This document shows, in pieces, positions 62,947-64,000 of a stretch of 64,000 nucleotides of DNA; within the stretch, counting starts at the first letter, position 1; each line of letters begins with the position of its first letter. This DNA comes from Podarcis bocagei (Eukaryota). The notes beneath the pieces are model-generated. The model was given only the letters and a program-made list of their open reading frames with translations. It was not told where the DNA came from and made no database searches. A program made the position numbers and the translations under genes. The stretch lies in assembly GCA_964188305.1 (NCBI GenBank), contig OZ076888.1. One strand, given 5' to 3'.

Positions 62947-63071
62947 TGAGGTGGTTGGCCATCTGTCATAGATGCTTTAGTTGAGATTCCTACAATGCGG
63001 GGGGGGGGGGGGGTCTTGAACCAGGTGACCCTTGGAGGCCCTTCCAACTATACAATTCTATTATTCTGTGA
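62947..63071 (+). mobile_element. CR1 3' end
   Basis: TGGCCATCTGTCATAGATGCTTTAGTTGAGATTCCT...CCCTTCCAACTATACAATTCTATTATTCTGTGA. Confidence 0.9.
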
Positions 63072-64000
63072 AGGAAGTGATGAAAGCCAGGGGTTGCAGG
63101 GAGGCACAAAAAGTCAAAACACAAAACCAAACCAAAGACACCCAAGTTGTCATTTCTAAAAGAATGCTTTAGGTCCTCATAGTTGTAGAGATCCACAAAG
63201 AAAAAGACAATCTGGTGCATTACGATTTGAAACTCTCGGGGTTTCTTTTCCCAAGTCTTCCTGAAATTCTTTTGAGAGCATGTGCTGGACATCTTTTCCC
63301 CATGTCTGAGAGCACCATTTTTGGAACACGCACACACCCTGATGCATTGAGTGCAGCACTCCCAGCCAGAGCCAAACAATAATTACCCAAATTAAAATGG
63401 TAGCTAGAACATGCAAATTAGCTGCAGTCTTCCTATTCATATTTTTTTTAAAAAAACAGGTCCTCAATGTAGAATATGCTACATATTATGCATGTTTACA
63501 TCTTTTTTTCAGGGGAAAAAATTAATGCCACGAAAGAGGCAATTTAGATCACAGATTTTAATGGGTTCAGTGAGGGAAATTAAAAAGGAGAATAGTATTA
63601 TTTCTTCATTCCTCCTGGGTAACAGGAGGGCAAGAATAAAAGAAGCCAAGGCCTGCTTACCAATGGATACAAAGGACTTTACAAGCAGAAAAGCAAATAA
63701 TTACTATGTTTATCTAAAAGTGTTCTAAAAGAGTAGGTATAAATCCCGCCACTTGGAATGATTTCCTGTCAATTGTAAACGAAGCAATTCAAGTTTATTT
63801 CACTAAAACAAATTAATGCATATGAGGCCAAGTAAAGGGCAATCTCTACTTTTGTAAATTATAAATTTGTTTAAAATTACTTAAGAATATCTTGGGGGGT
63901 GGGTGGGGTGCATTAATGTTATATCCTTCTCTCCTCGTCCAGTGGTCTCATCACTCTTGAAGCCACTTCTCCACCTCTGCTTGCCTCACCTCTCTTGATT

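Noticed and set aside
1-64000. Naming a host gene; recurrent T(n)A(n) palindromic runs
   Set aside because: No coding exon was recognisable, so no gene symbol is supportable. The TnAn runs are unphased and explained by mononucleotide slippage.

Overview
This is eukaryotic DNA from a squamate reptile, most likely a lacertid lizard. The evidence is Sauria SINEs with (ACCTTT)n tails, a tRNA-Lys/CR1-tailed SINE, a CORE-type SINE, CR1 and L2 LINE 3' fragments, many hAT and Tigger-type MITEs, and a Penelope fragment. The window looks like intronic or intergenic sequence. No ORF in the supplied track is a recognisable cellular protein. The few with recognisable motifs are LINE reverse-transcriptase remnants, and the overlapping GC-rich ORFs fall inside transposons. 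The unique sequence holds three candidate small minus-strand exons and several homeodomain-motif-rich, enhancer-like blocks, which may indicate a large intron of a minus-strand gene that I cannot name. There is one 163-N assembly gap. I found no clearly new biological system. The most notable structures are: (i) a minimal hammerhead ribozyme in a Penelope micro-insertion with a 13-bp TSD and an inverted target copy; (ii) a composite hAT MITE that carries an L2 3' end and a duplicated terminus between one pair of TSDs; (iii) a Sauria SINE with a twin-priming-like 5' inversion; (iv) a young L2 with an open ORF2 C-terminus nested in a Tigger-like MITE; (v) CpG-island-like cores delivered by hAT elements. 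Family names come from recognition, not from a database search. Coordinates of degraded repeats are approximate.
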